DNA of 64,000 nucleotides from an uncultured Clostridia bacterium (GTDB lineage Bacteria; Bacillota; Clostridia; Oscillospirales; CAG-272), in NCBI GenBank assembly GCA_944381115.1, contig CALWJV010000008.1:3612-67611 (forward strand), written 5' to 3'. A program made the translations under genes and the position numbers. This document shows, piece after piece, positions 1-7,793 of the stretch. Position 1 is the first letter of the stretch, and each line of letters opens with the position of its first letter. The notes beneath the pieces were generated by a model. The model saw only the letters and a program-made list of their open reading frames with translations, had not been told where the DNA came from and searched no databases.

Positions 1-216
1 TCCGAGACCATTATCTTTGATGACAATATTGCGTTCTCTATCATCAATGAAAATATGTATTTCTGCTTCAGCCGCTTGCAAAACACCCGACTCTATTGCC
101 TTGTCGATTGAATCAGAGGAATTTTGAATGTATTCACGATAAACGTGCATCGGGTTTGAATACATTCCTTTTGTCAATATTTCCAGAAGAAATTTTCCGG
201 CAATAGGCTCGCTCAT
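1..216 (-). CDS. GHKL-superfamily (Hsp90/MORC, HATPase_c_3-like) ATPase, N-terminal ~72 aa only; gene runs off the left edge
   Basis: Minus-strand ATG at 216-214 overlaps the upstream stop (TAATG). Hand translation MSEPIAGKFLLEILTKGMYSNPMHVYREYIQNSSDSIDKAIESG...IVIKDNGLG shows Bergerat motif I (E-x3-N-x2-D = EYIQNSSD) and motif II (DNGLG). Confidence 0.7.
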   Translation of the reverse strand, partial: MSEPIAGKFLLEILTKGMYSNPMHVYREYIQNSSDSIDKAIESGVLQAAEAEIHIFIDDRERNIVIKDNGLG

Positions 217-1889
217 TATTTGCTACCTCCTTGATTGTAGGACGGGAACGGAAATTGAATTTTCAACAGCGTCTTGAATACGGGATGGTGGACAATCAAG
301 TCTCCCTTTTTCAAGCGCGTCATCATATTGGCGTAAACTGACGGAACAAATTTATAATCAGGACGAGATACTTCGATGGCATTGGTACGTCCATAAATGT
401 TTGTTCCACAATTTCCCTTAATGCGGTCATGAATCGCGCTTCTAAACTGCTCGGCAGAAAACAGAATTACACCCTCAGAACGTCCGCGCTCTGTAATATC
501 GAGCAAATTTGCAAGCAAGGGAGAATTCTTACTGGAAGTAGAGGGGGCATACTTATTCAGCTCATCCACAAAAATGATGACTTTCTTGGGGACAGGCTTG
601 TCGCTGACACGATCATCCTGGTCAAAATCTCCGTGTTTCAAAGAATAGACAGAACGAATAATATCACCGAAAACAAGGCATTGAAGTTGCTCAGTGAGTC
701 CCGCAATATCCACAACCATCATTTCGCCGCCGTTGATATTCAGCACTTCATCAGACAAATACACCTGATGCTGTTCCTTCTTACTTGACTGCGCATTAAC
801 AAAAATATCGTCGTTGATGGAGTTGTTAATCAGACGACGGAAACGCTGCCATGACTGAATTAAAATGCTGGAGTTATCTTTTTTGCCACTGCCTTTGCTG
901 CAAAATTCTTTCAATACTTCCTTGAAATTAGCCCAGCTTAAATCACCCTTGAATTCCGGACCATAATCAATATAGTTCAAAATGGATTCAATGGTATAGT
1001 TGGGGTCATCAACATTGGCAAACAGCATATCCACTTTATTGATATCGTGTTCAAATGTATAAACAAAGTTCGCTGCTTGTTCCTGATCGAATTGCTCGGC
1101 TAAATCCTCAGTGGGTAACGCAGTATTTGCATACAACTTGTCCTTCTGCTGCCTGTAGGGATACAGATATTTTACATTCTCAAATGGTGTGCAAGGTACA
1201 CCCAGATCTTCCCAGTCTTGACGTTGTGCTTTTGTAATCTTTTCATTGGGCTGATGCACATGAAGCAAATCATCACCCTTTACATTCATCACAATGATGG
1301 CAACATCATCTTTGCATTTGTGCTGAATTGCTTTCAAAAGGAACATAACATAGCTGGTCTTTGTCGCCAATCCTGAAATACCGGAAATATTCATGTGCGC
1401 ACCTTCGGGACCGATAAGAAAATCTCCATTGTATTTGATCGGAACAGAAACATTGTTTCCTGCTTTCATAAGACCCGCTGGAATTGCAGTCTTCTCGTCA
1501 ATATTGTCGAGTCCGAGCGCAACCTGAATATCATCTTCATCTGCGGTGTATACGGCTGAGCCTTCAAATACAGGCATAAAGTTTTCCTTCGTGTTATGAA
1601 TGACAGACACTTTTGCATATGAAAGCGACAGCCGTCTTGTCATTGGGGCGATATCCACATTGCCGAAATCGGAGGAAACATAGTTGCTAATATGTCCTGT
1701 TCCATCCGTGATATGGAAGATATCTTGAACAACACCATATGTGATCGAATCATCCGTTTTGTTATGCACAAGGACAATGTCGAACGGACTTAAAATCGTA
1801 TCATCGGACAGCCAGAATTGGAATTCATCACAGGAGGAAGGATTCTTTTCTGTGGCAGACACTTTGCCAATCAGTTTTCTTGTACTCAT
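216..1889 (-). CDS. HerA/DUF87-like (FtsK-HerA superfamily) P-loop ATPase, 557 aa
   Basis: The N-terminal segment looks like a HAS barrel (GKVSATEKNP..FQFWLSDD..FDIVLV..YGVVQDI). P-loop-like GISGLATKTS, Walker B VIIFVDELNKYAP, and a distal ERGRSEGVILFSAEQ motif typical of HerA. RBS GGAGA upstream; 15 nt after the NurA-like stop. Confidence 0.7.
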   Translation of the reverse strand: MSTRKLIGKVSATEKNPSSCDEFQFWLSDDTILSPFDIVLVHNKTDDSITYGVVQDIFHITDGTGHISNYVSSDFGNVDIAPMTRRLSLSYAKVSVIHNTKENFMPVFEGSAVYTADEDDIQVALGLDNIDEKTAIPAGLMKAGNNVSVPIKYNGDFLIGPEGAHMNISGISGLATKTSYVMFLLKAIQHKCKDDVAIIVMNVKGDDLLHVHQPNEKITKAQRQDWEDLGVPCTPFENVKYLYPYRQQKDKLYANTALPTEDLAEQFDQEQAANFVYTFEHDINKVDMLFANVDDPNYTIESILNYIDYGPEFKGDLSWANFKEVLKEFCSKGSGKKDNSSILIQSWQRFRRLINNSINDDIFVNAQSSKKEQHQVYLSDEVLNINGGEMMVVDIAGLTEQLQCLVFGDIIRSVYSLKHGDFDQDDRVSDKPVPKKVIIFVDELNKYAPSTSSKNSPLLANLLDITERGRSEGVILFSAEQFRSAIHDRIKGNCGTNIYGRTNAIEVSRPDYKFVPSVYANMMTRLKKGDLIVHHPVFKTLLKIQFPFPSYNQGGSK

Positions 1890-1904
1890 TTTTCTATCTC
1901 CTTA

Positions 1905-3038
1905 TTACCGAAAATCTCTTTTGAAATTATTGATGAACACCAAATCGCTTTCAAATGTAGACTTGATAAGCGTTTCCGTCAGATACACTGGGTATAGGTG
2001 ACTTGCCCATCGTTCATCTCGCCCATAGCAAGTAGGCGAACACTCATTAAGCAGCGACAATGATATCGTGTCAACAACATCTGTTGGAATTCCACTATCG
2101 TAATAGTCCTCCAACGCCATTTTCTCAATCTTGATGATCCCTTCAAGCGGATTTGACACTCTATTCTTTGGACGAATCCTTAAATACCATACGCCAAACC
2201 TTCTACCTCGATCATTCTCTTTCAGGAACACAGGGGTGCGTTCCCCGTATTCAAGTTTCAAAAGTTCTGCACCAATTTGTGTTCCTCCGCGTTTGGATTT
2301 GTTGGATGTCGGGAGCATAGGATTGAAACTTTTTGAAACGCCGATCACATTGTAAAACAAGTCGGCGAATTCCGGCTTGCCGGTGTCTTGCCGGAGAAAT
2401 TGAAGCGGACCGTCAACCACCAGCATCCGATCCGTATCCAAGGCTCCGGATTTAACCATATCTGAAAGAATACCAATTTCCATATCGTGCATCATGGAAT
2501 TAGCTTTTGCGATTGCCGCATTAACAGGAATATTGTGCTTTTCCGGCTCAAAGCGGTAATCCACCACTTCCAGAAACATTTCTTGCGCAACTTTTGTCCG
2601 TGTGATACGATGCTGGATTTCTTTGAAATCTACCGTATTCACCTTATCGCTCAACAGCAAAAGATTCTTTCTCTGTATTGTTTGATGTGACTGGTAAGAG
2701 TGGAGCTTTTTCTGGCTATCTCGTTCTGTGCAACCAGCACGTATTTGAGCAACGACAACCGGATAAATTTTCTTACCGTCAATTACAATATCGCCAATTT
2801 TGTAGGTTCTTCGCGAGCCGTCCATGAAGAATGAAAAATTCGAGAAGCTACGATCTTCTGCAAAAAGGTCATACTTCCTGATTTTTTTGGATTTGTCCGT
2901 TTCAAACGGCTCTCCAATCACCTTGATTTCATCGCCTTCATCCTGATACGGCTCTTGATAATAATGGTCAAGATCGAGGCTCTCATTCTGGTAAAGTGCA
3001 ACGCCGCACTTGTCAAATATTTTGTTTAGTGTAGGCAT
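1905..3038 (-). CDS. NurA-like nuclease, 377 aa
   Basis: Two NurA-type acidic motifs, FFMDGSRRTY and MLVVDGPLQF. Paired directly with a HerA-like ATPase as in NurA-HerA operons. RBS GGAGG 6 nt before the ATG. Confidence 0.6.
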   Translation of the reverse strand: MPTLNKIFDKCGVALYQNESLDLDHYYQEPYQDEGDEIKVIGEPFETDKSKKIRKYDLFAEDRSFSNFSFFMDGSRRTYKIGDIVIDGKKIYPVVVAQIRAGCTERDSQKKLHSYQSHQTIQRKNLLLLSDKVNTVDFKEIQHRITRTKVAQEMFLEVVDYRFEPEKHNIPVNAAIAKANSMMHDMEIGILSDMVKSGALDTDRMLVVDGPLQFLRQDTGKPEFADLFYNVIGVSKSFNPMLPTSNKSKRGGTQIGAELLKLEYGERTPVFLKENDRGRRFGVWYLRIRPKNRVSNPLEGIIKIEKMALEDYYDSGIPTDVVDTISLSLLNECSPTCYGRDERWASHLYPVYLTETLIKSTFESDLVFINNFKRDFR

Positions 3039-3250
3039 GATAAACCTCCGTGTTACTATTATCGTAAATGACCTTTCCCGTATCGGAAGGACTAATTTTC
3101 GTTATTCCTGTCACACGCTGTTATAGTTTGTCGAATAGACGACACAGGACGAGTCGTAACCAAGGGATAAGTGCGCCTATTCGCACCCGCGAGGGGTAGA
3201 GCGCGTCATATTTTCGAGTCGGAGTCGCTGCTATTATCCTGCGGCTCGCC

Positions 3251-3448
3251 TCAGTCCATTTGCTTCTGTTTGATATACTTTCCGCTTTTGATTCTTGCGT
3301 CAGCGGGCTTCGGCTCATCGTCGGGGATAGCCCACGAGCGTCCGATCCGTACTGCGCCCGGTATGCGTTCTTCGTTACACAAAATCTGTATGCGCCGTGG
3401 TGAGGTGCCCCAGCGTTCCGCGGTTTGAGCAACGGATAAATATTTCAT
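3251..3448 (-). CDS. Small helix-turn-helix DNA-binding protein (excisionase/MerR-like HTH_17 type), 65 aa
   Basis: MKYLSVAQTAERWGTSPRRIQILCNEERIPGAVRIGRSWAIP is a typical MGE HTH. Start moved to the ATG at 3448 because GGAGG lies 7 nt upstream. Confidence 0.65.
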   Translation of the reverse strand: MKYLSVAQTAERWGTSPRRIQILCNEERIPGAVRIGRSWAIPDDEPKPADARIKSGKYIKQKQMD

Positions 3449-3799
3449 TTCCAAGCCTCCCGATTGTTTTGCTCTCGGTTAGATTATCGTATCAGATTAC
3501 AATTACACACTATATATTATAATCGCTAAAGCGAATAAAATCAAGTGGTCTGTCGAAATATTCAAAAATTGTTTGCAAAAACACGAATAAGGGCTTGGGA
3601 TTATCCCCAAATATCAAAATGAGCGTACCGACAGCAAAGTCGAAACGCTCATTTTCGCCGTGTGTACGGACACCGGCTGTGCTTGCTATTCTCTCAAATC
3701 TCAACATCCGCAGATATATGCGCTCTCGCTTTTGAACAAAAACGAGGGCGCTTTTCTATTATACAAATAATCCAAAACACATACAGGAGGAATCAAATT

Positions 3800-4129
3800 A
3801 TGGCAGATCGCACCCGTCCGATTCGCATTGAATTCTGTGTATCGGAACACGAAAACAACCTTATCAAAAACAAAATGGCACAGATCGGCACACGAAACCG
3901 TGGTGCATATCTGCGCAAGATGGCGATTGACGGCTATATCATCAAAGTAGACTATACCGAACAGAAGAAGCTCGCTGCCGCTGTCAGTCGTGCTGCCGCA
4001 AACATCAATCAAATATGCCGACGCATCAGCAGCACCGGGCATTGTTACGATGAGGACATAGCAGAACTGAAAGCCAAGCAATTTGAAATATGGGAGCTTC
4101 TGAAGCAATGTCAAAAGAACGAACTATAG
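3800..4129 (+). CDS. mobC: MobC-family relaxosome accessory (ribbon-helix-helix) protein, 109 aa
   Basis: IRIEFCVSEHENNLIKNKMAQIGTRNRGAYLRKMAIDG...AANINQICRRISSTG matches the MobC pattern (RHH segment plus the NINQI motif). AGGAGG RBS at 3785-3790. No relaxase gene follows. Confidence 0.7.
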   Translation: MADRTRPIRIEFCVSEHENNLIKNKMAQIGTRNRGAYLRKMAIDGYIIKVDYTEQKKLAAAVSRAAANINQICRRISSTGHCYDEDIAELKAKQFEIWELLKQCQKNEL

Positions 4130-4359
4130 CCACATCGGGGTTATCCACATATGGATTTTCCGTCACCGGTTTTTCAGACGGTGGATAGACTGACCACCCA
4201 GACCGTTCCGTTATCGGACTTCAAGACGGCGGGTTTCCGAACAGTCACAAGGGATGAAATTCATACCCAAATCAATAAGAAATAAATTAACTCTCAATAT
4301 AGTCATCCATCAATCTATCAATACACTATTTTGATGGATAGATGGGATAGGAGGTCACA

Positions 4360-4752
4360 ATGACAGAGAACTTTTTACGCTTTACCGTCGAGAGCCTCTC
4401 GGCATCTTACATACCGTTTCCACGGTTTCTTATGGAGGACAGCCTCGCGGAACTCTCCAATGATGCAAAGGTGCTGTATGCGCTTATGCTGGACAGAGCC
4501 AGCATTTCCAAGGCGAACGGCTTTATCGAAGCAGACGGAACGATCCGTCTTTACTTCACCGTCGAACAGGCGCAGAAGAAGCTGCACCGAAGTCGGCAAT
4601 GTGCGACACGGATATTTAAGGAACTGGAGTCCAGCGGTCTGATCTGCCGCAAGAAACAGGGACTTGGCAAGCCTGCGATGATCACGCTCAATTACCCGTC
4701 CGGCGCGAAGCTAATTCAGCCGAAGGAGACAGGCGAAATACTGTCAGGATAA
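4360..4752 (+). CDS. Replication initiator A N-terminal domain (RepA_N) protein, 130 aa
   Basis: IPFPRFLMED..LSNDAKVLYALMLDRASISKANGFIEADGTIRLYFTVEQAQKKL..ATRIFKELESSGLICRKKQGLGKP is the RepA_N signature. RBS GGAGG upstream. Confidence 0.7.
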   Translation: MTENFLRFTVESLSASYIPFPRFLMEDSLAELSNDAKVLYALMLDRASISKANGFIEADGTIRLYFTVEQAQKKLHRSRQCATRIFKELESSGLICRKKQGLGKPAMITLNYPSGAKLIQPKETGEILSG

Positions 4753-4773
4753 AGGTCGAAAATCGAACAATTT

Positions 4774-4812
4774 ATGCCCCACAAGCGACGCAAACGCTGT
4801 GGGGCATATCTT
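4774..4812 (+). terminator. Rho-independent terminator after the RepA_N gene
   Basis: ATGCCCCACAAGCG / CGCTGTGGGGCAT stem (one bulge) followed by a T-rich tail. Confidence 0.6.
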
Positions 4813-4864
4813 TTACCCATCTATGCCACAAAACGCGCCTGTGCGCCGTGAAGGGAGGAACAGA

Positions 4865-5050
4865 ATGAATACAAAGAAAACAAATGAGGCTAACGAAACC
4901 GATACTGCCGAAGTTCCGGAGTTTGTGTATGAATCTTTAGCAAGAAGCCTTCTGCCGGTTATTCAGAAGTATTACGAAAGCGACGAGGGCAAAAGGGCGT
5001 TTGCTGAGTGGAAGCAGAAGAAAGACGCGGAAAGAAACAGCACTACATAA
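4865..5050 (+). CDS. Small acidic hypothetical protein of the mobile element, 61 aa
   Basis: ATG at 4865 preceded by GGGAGGAA. It lies between two terminator hairpins. No recognisable domain. Confidence 0.45.
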   Translation: MNTKKTNEANETDTAEVPEFVYESLARSLLPVIQKYYESDEGKRAFAEWKQKKDAERNSTT

Positions 5051-5055
5051 AGACA

Positions 5056-5095
5056 GCGGGAGGATTGCCATGCTCGGCGATCCTCCCGCTTTTTC
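5056..5095 (+). terminator. Rho-independent terminator
   Basis: GCGGGAGGAT (5056-5065) pairs with ATCCTCCCGC (5080-5089), followed by TTTTT. Confidence 0.75.
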
Positions 5096-5119
5096 GTTTA
5101 CCAATCTTCAATCTCTGCG

Positions 5120-5169
5120 ATATAAACAATAAATCCGAACCCGTTTCCGATTGGATAAAGGTTCGGATT
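5120..5169 (-). terminator. Terminator downstream of ssrA
   Basis: AATCCGAACC (5132-5141) pairs with GGTTCGGATT (5160-5169), followed on the minus strand by TTATTGTTT. Confidence 0.6.
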
Positions 5170-5178
5170 ATATTGATT

Positions 5179-5580
5179 TGGTGGAGACGACGGGAGTCGA
5201 ACCCGTGTCCGAAAACCCCTTGACATGATTTTCTTCGCAGACAGTCTGTTATTTAAAATTCCCCTTCAAAGCCGTGAGCAGACACACTGCTTATCCAAGT
5301 AGCCCTTTTATTCCTGATCGGTTCAAGTGCGAAAAATCCAATGCAGGTTCACCACTGATTTGACGCTCCCAAATGTCCGTGGTACTACATTTGCGGAACG
5401 GGCGGCTTAAGAGCCGCAGCACTGCAAAGCCAAACTGTTCCCGAAGGAATCAGCTTAACTTAGGCAGCCATAGCAACTGTATCGTTGTCGTTTAATTTTT
5501 AAGTTTGGGCCTTTTACGAGATTACCCGGCTCGCTGCGCTTATCATGATTCGGAATCCCCGTCGAAACCTTTACGTCCCC
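5179..5580 (-). ncRNA. ssrA: tmRNA (transfer-messenger RNA)
   Basis: The minus strand starts GGGGACGTAAAGGTTTCGACGGGGATTCCG and ends CGGGTTCGACTCCCGTCGTCTCCACCA (tRNA-Ala-like acceptor and T-arm with encoded CCA). An internal tag frame reads ...AAC GAC AAC GAT ACA GTT GCT ATG GCT GCC TAA (..NDNDTVAMAA-stop). Confidence 0.95.
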
Positions 5581-5849
5581 ATAAGGCACTTTAGAAGAGC
5601 AATAACATTATACTATGTTTTTTTAAATTTGTCAAGCGGTGTTTTTTGGAATAAAATGATATTTTTTGTCAAAAAATAATTAATAATAGATAAATATTGA
5701 TAATAGAATTAAAAATAAATTTAAACTTTATAAAATAAAAAATCTTAGTCACCGAAAATTTACATAAATTATTTGAAACTACTTGATTTTTCTTTAATAA
5801 TAGTGTAAAATAAAAACGATAAAGAAAAATCAATAAAGGAGACAAAAAA

Positions 5850-6716
5850 ATGTTAGTTTCGGCAAAAGATATGCTTACAAAAGCAAAAGCGGGTAAATAC
5901 GCGGTAGGTCAATTTAATATCAACAACCTTGAATGGACAAAGGCTATACTTTTGACTGCACAGGAACTTAAATCACCTGTTATCTTAGGTGTTTCCGAAG
6001 GAGCGGGAAAATATATGTGCGGTTTTAAAACAGTTGCTGCAATGGTCAAGGCAATGACAGAAGAACTTAACATTACAGTACCGGTCGCTCTTCATCTTGA
6101 CCACGGCTCATATGAAGGTTGCTATAAATGTGTTAAAGCGGGTTTTTCTTCTATAATGTTTGACGGTTCCCATTATCCGATAAATGAGAATGTTGAAAAG
6201 ACAAGAGAACTGGTTCATGTTGCGGAAAATCTTGGACTTTCACTTGAAGCAGAAGTAGGTTCAATTGGTGGTGAAGAGGATGGAGTTATAGGTATGGGAG
6301 AGTGTGCCGACCCTGATGAATGTAAAATGATAGCGGACCTCGGAGTAACAATGCTTGCGGCGGGGATAGGAAATATACATGGTAAATATCCTGAGAATTG
6401 GGCAGGTCTTTCCTTCGATACTCTTGCTGAGATCAGTAAAAAAGTTGGAGACATGCCTCTCGTTCTTCACGGAGGTACGGGCATACCGGAAGATATGATT
6501 AAAAAGGCAATATCCCTCGGTGTTTCAAAAATCAATGTTAATACTGAATGTCAACTTTCCTTCCAGGCAGCAACAAGAGCGTATATTGAATCGGGAAAAG
6601 ACCTTCAAGGTAAAGGATTTGATCCGAGAAAACTTCTTGCTCCAGGTACAGAAGCGATCAAGGCAACAGTAAAAGAAAAGATGGAACTTTTCGGATCAGT
6701 AGGCAAAGCACAATAA
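5850..6716 (+). CDS. fba: Class II fructose-1,6-bisphosphate aldolase
   Basis: 288 aa with LHLDHG, GGEEDGV, GNIHG and LVLHGGTG motifs; AAGGAG RBS. Confidence 0.95.
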   Translation: MLVSAKDMLTKAKAGKYAVGQFNINNLEWTKAILLTAQELKSPVILGVSEGAGKYMCGFKTVAAMVKAMTEELNITVPVALHLDHGSYEGCYKCVKAGFSSIMFDGSHYPINENVEKTRELVHVAENLGLSLEAEVGSIGGEEDGVIGMGECADPDECKMIADLGVTMLAAGIGNIHGKYPENWAGLSFDTLAEISKKVGDMPLVLHGGTGIPEDMIKKAISLGVSKINVNTECQLSFQAATRAYIESGKDLQGKGFDPRKLLAPGTEAIKATVKEKMELFGSVGKAQ

Positions 6717-6725
6717 AAATATAAA

Positions 6726-6754
6726 TGCCGCAGAAAACATTCCTGCGGCATTTT
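6726..6754 (+). terminator. fba terminator
   Basis: TGCCGCAG pairs with CTGCGGCA, followed by TTTT. Confidence 0.8.
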
Positions 6755-6943
6755 AAATACAAAATGGTTTTTAATAAAGAAAGTTATTTTATTTCAGACA
6801 AATATTTTAGCATTTATCTTATCTTACATTTTTTATATATAAATTTTAACGCTTTATTTTTATAGTATTTTATCATGTGTTTTTAAATTTCGTAAAAGAC
6901 ACTTTCTGATTGGTATCTGATTTCAATATAAGGAGTACTGCAG

Positions 6944-7541
6944 ATGATAAAAATTTTTTATACGACGCCGGAAAAAAAAAACAATAAATATTCCGGAAGA
7001 TATTTCGGAATATAGAAAAAATAAAATAATATCCGCAAGGGGAGAAAGTTGCAAAAAAGTTTTAATTGCATCCGCAGAGGTACTTAAATACGGATTTGCA
7101 AGTTTCGGAATAGAAGAAAAGCAAGTTATATACGGCGTAAAAGAAAACGGTAAACCATTTGCAATCTCGCATCCTCAGATACATTTTTCACTTAGTCATT
7201 CAAAAAATATGGCTGTAGCCGCATTTTCAGATAACCCTGTTGGTATTGACTGCGAAACGGTTGGAAGGAAGGTTTCGTTTGATCTTGTAAAACGTTTTTT
7301 ATCTTCAGAAGAAGCAGAAATTTATAAAAATGATACGTTGCTTCTGTGGGTTGCCTCGGAGAGTATACAAAAATTATCCGGAGACGGTATTTTCCGTTGG
7401 AATAAACGCTTATTTGTTCCGTTTTTTGAAGGAAATACAGCAGTATCCGGTAAAATTACTCTTGAAAAATTTTTAATTAATGATAATTTGGTTGTTTTCG
7501 CAACGGAACATTACGAAAAAGCAAAGATCATACCTATCTGA
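6944..7541 (+). pseudogene. Sfp-type 4'-phosphopantetheinyl transferase interrupted by a +1 frame break in an A10 run
   Basis: ATG at 6944 with AAGGAG RBS reads MIKIFYTTPEKKN and stops at 7013. The next frame reads KKKTINIPEDISEYRKNKII...HFSLSHSKNMAVAAFSDNPVGIDCE... through to 7541. The two frames join if A10 (6972-6981) were A9. Confidence 0.7.
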
Positions 7542-7566
7542 TTTACGGTTAATAAATTGCATATTA

Positions 7567-7617
7567 GCCCCCCCTGATTTTTATTTATATATTACAACAA
7601 ATAAAAATCAGGGGGGC
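7567..7617. terminator. Long GC-clamped hairpin, probable bidirectional terminator
   Basis: GCCCCCCCTGATTTTTAT pairs with ATAAAAATCAGGGGGGC (about 17 bp, one bulged C). Confidence 0.6.
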
Positions 7618-7793
7618 GTATAATATTTCATTTAGCGTATAAAAAGTTTTTAATTAAATTCATATTTGAAGTTTTGAAATAAAAAACATTCACTAAAATT
7701 TTAATTTTTTTTTGATGCTAACTGTTGAAAGGAATATGTAATAAAAAAATAAGTATTTAAATTTTCAAAAAATCAAAAACGTTTCCTTATATA

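Larger units (their letters stand above)
1..5178. mobile_element. Remnant genomic island / mobilisable element abutting the 3' end of ssrA; left end outside the window
   Basis: Visibly higher GC than the flanking host DNA (about 40% over 216-3100 and about 50% or more over 3120-5100, by eye). Carries HTH, MobC and RepA_N genes but no relaxase or integrase in view. Sits directly downstream of tmRNA, a classic island target. Confidence 0.5.

Noticed and set aside
3121-3432. Overlapping 103-aa (-) and 85-aa (+) ORFs in the GC-rich stretch next to the HTH gene.
   Set aside because: Open frames on both strands are expected in a short GC-rich segment. There are no RBSs or recognisable motifs, and they overlap the better-supported HTH gene at 3251-3448. 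The non-coding part is kept as a finding.
3510-3707. 65-aa minus-strand ORF between the HTH gene and mobC.
   Set aside because: It has no RBS and no recognisable motif. It overlaps the inverted repeats proposed as the oriT or regulatory region, and the evidence is insufficient to call a gene.
4151-4285. 44-codon ORF (MDFPSPVFQTVDRLTTQTVPLSDFKTAGFRTVTRDEIHTQINKK) where a relaxase would be expected after mobC.
   Set aside because: It is too short, has no relaxase motifs (no HxH, no catalytic Tyr context) and no clear RBS. It may be a relaxase remnant, but I cannot support that from sequence.
5008-5223. 71-aa ORF spanning two terminators and the 3' end of ssrA.
   Set aside because: It runs through two terminator hairpins and the tmRNA acceptor arm, so it is spurious.
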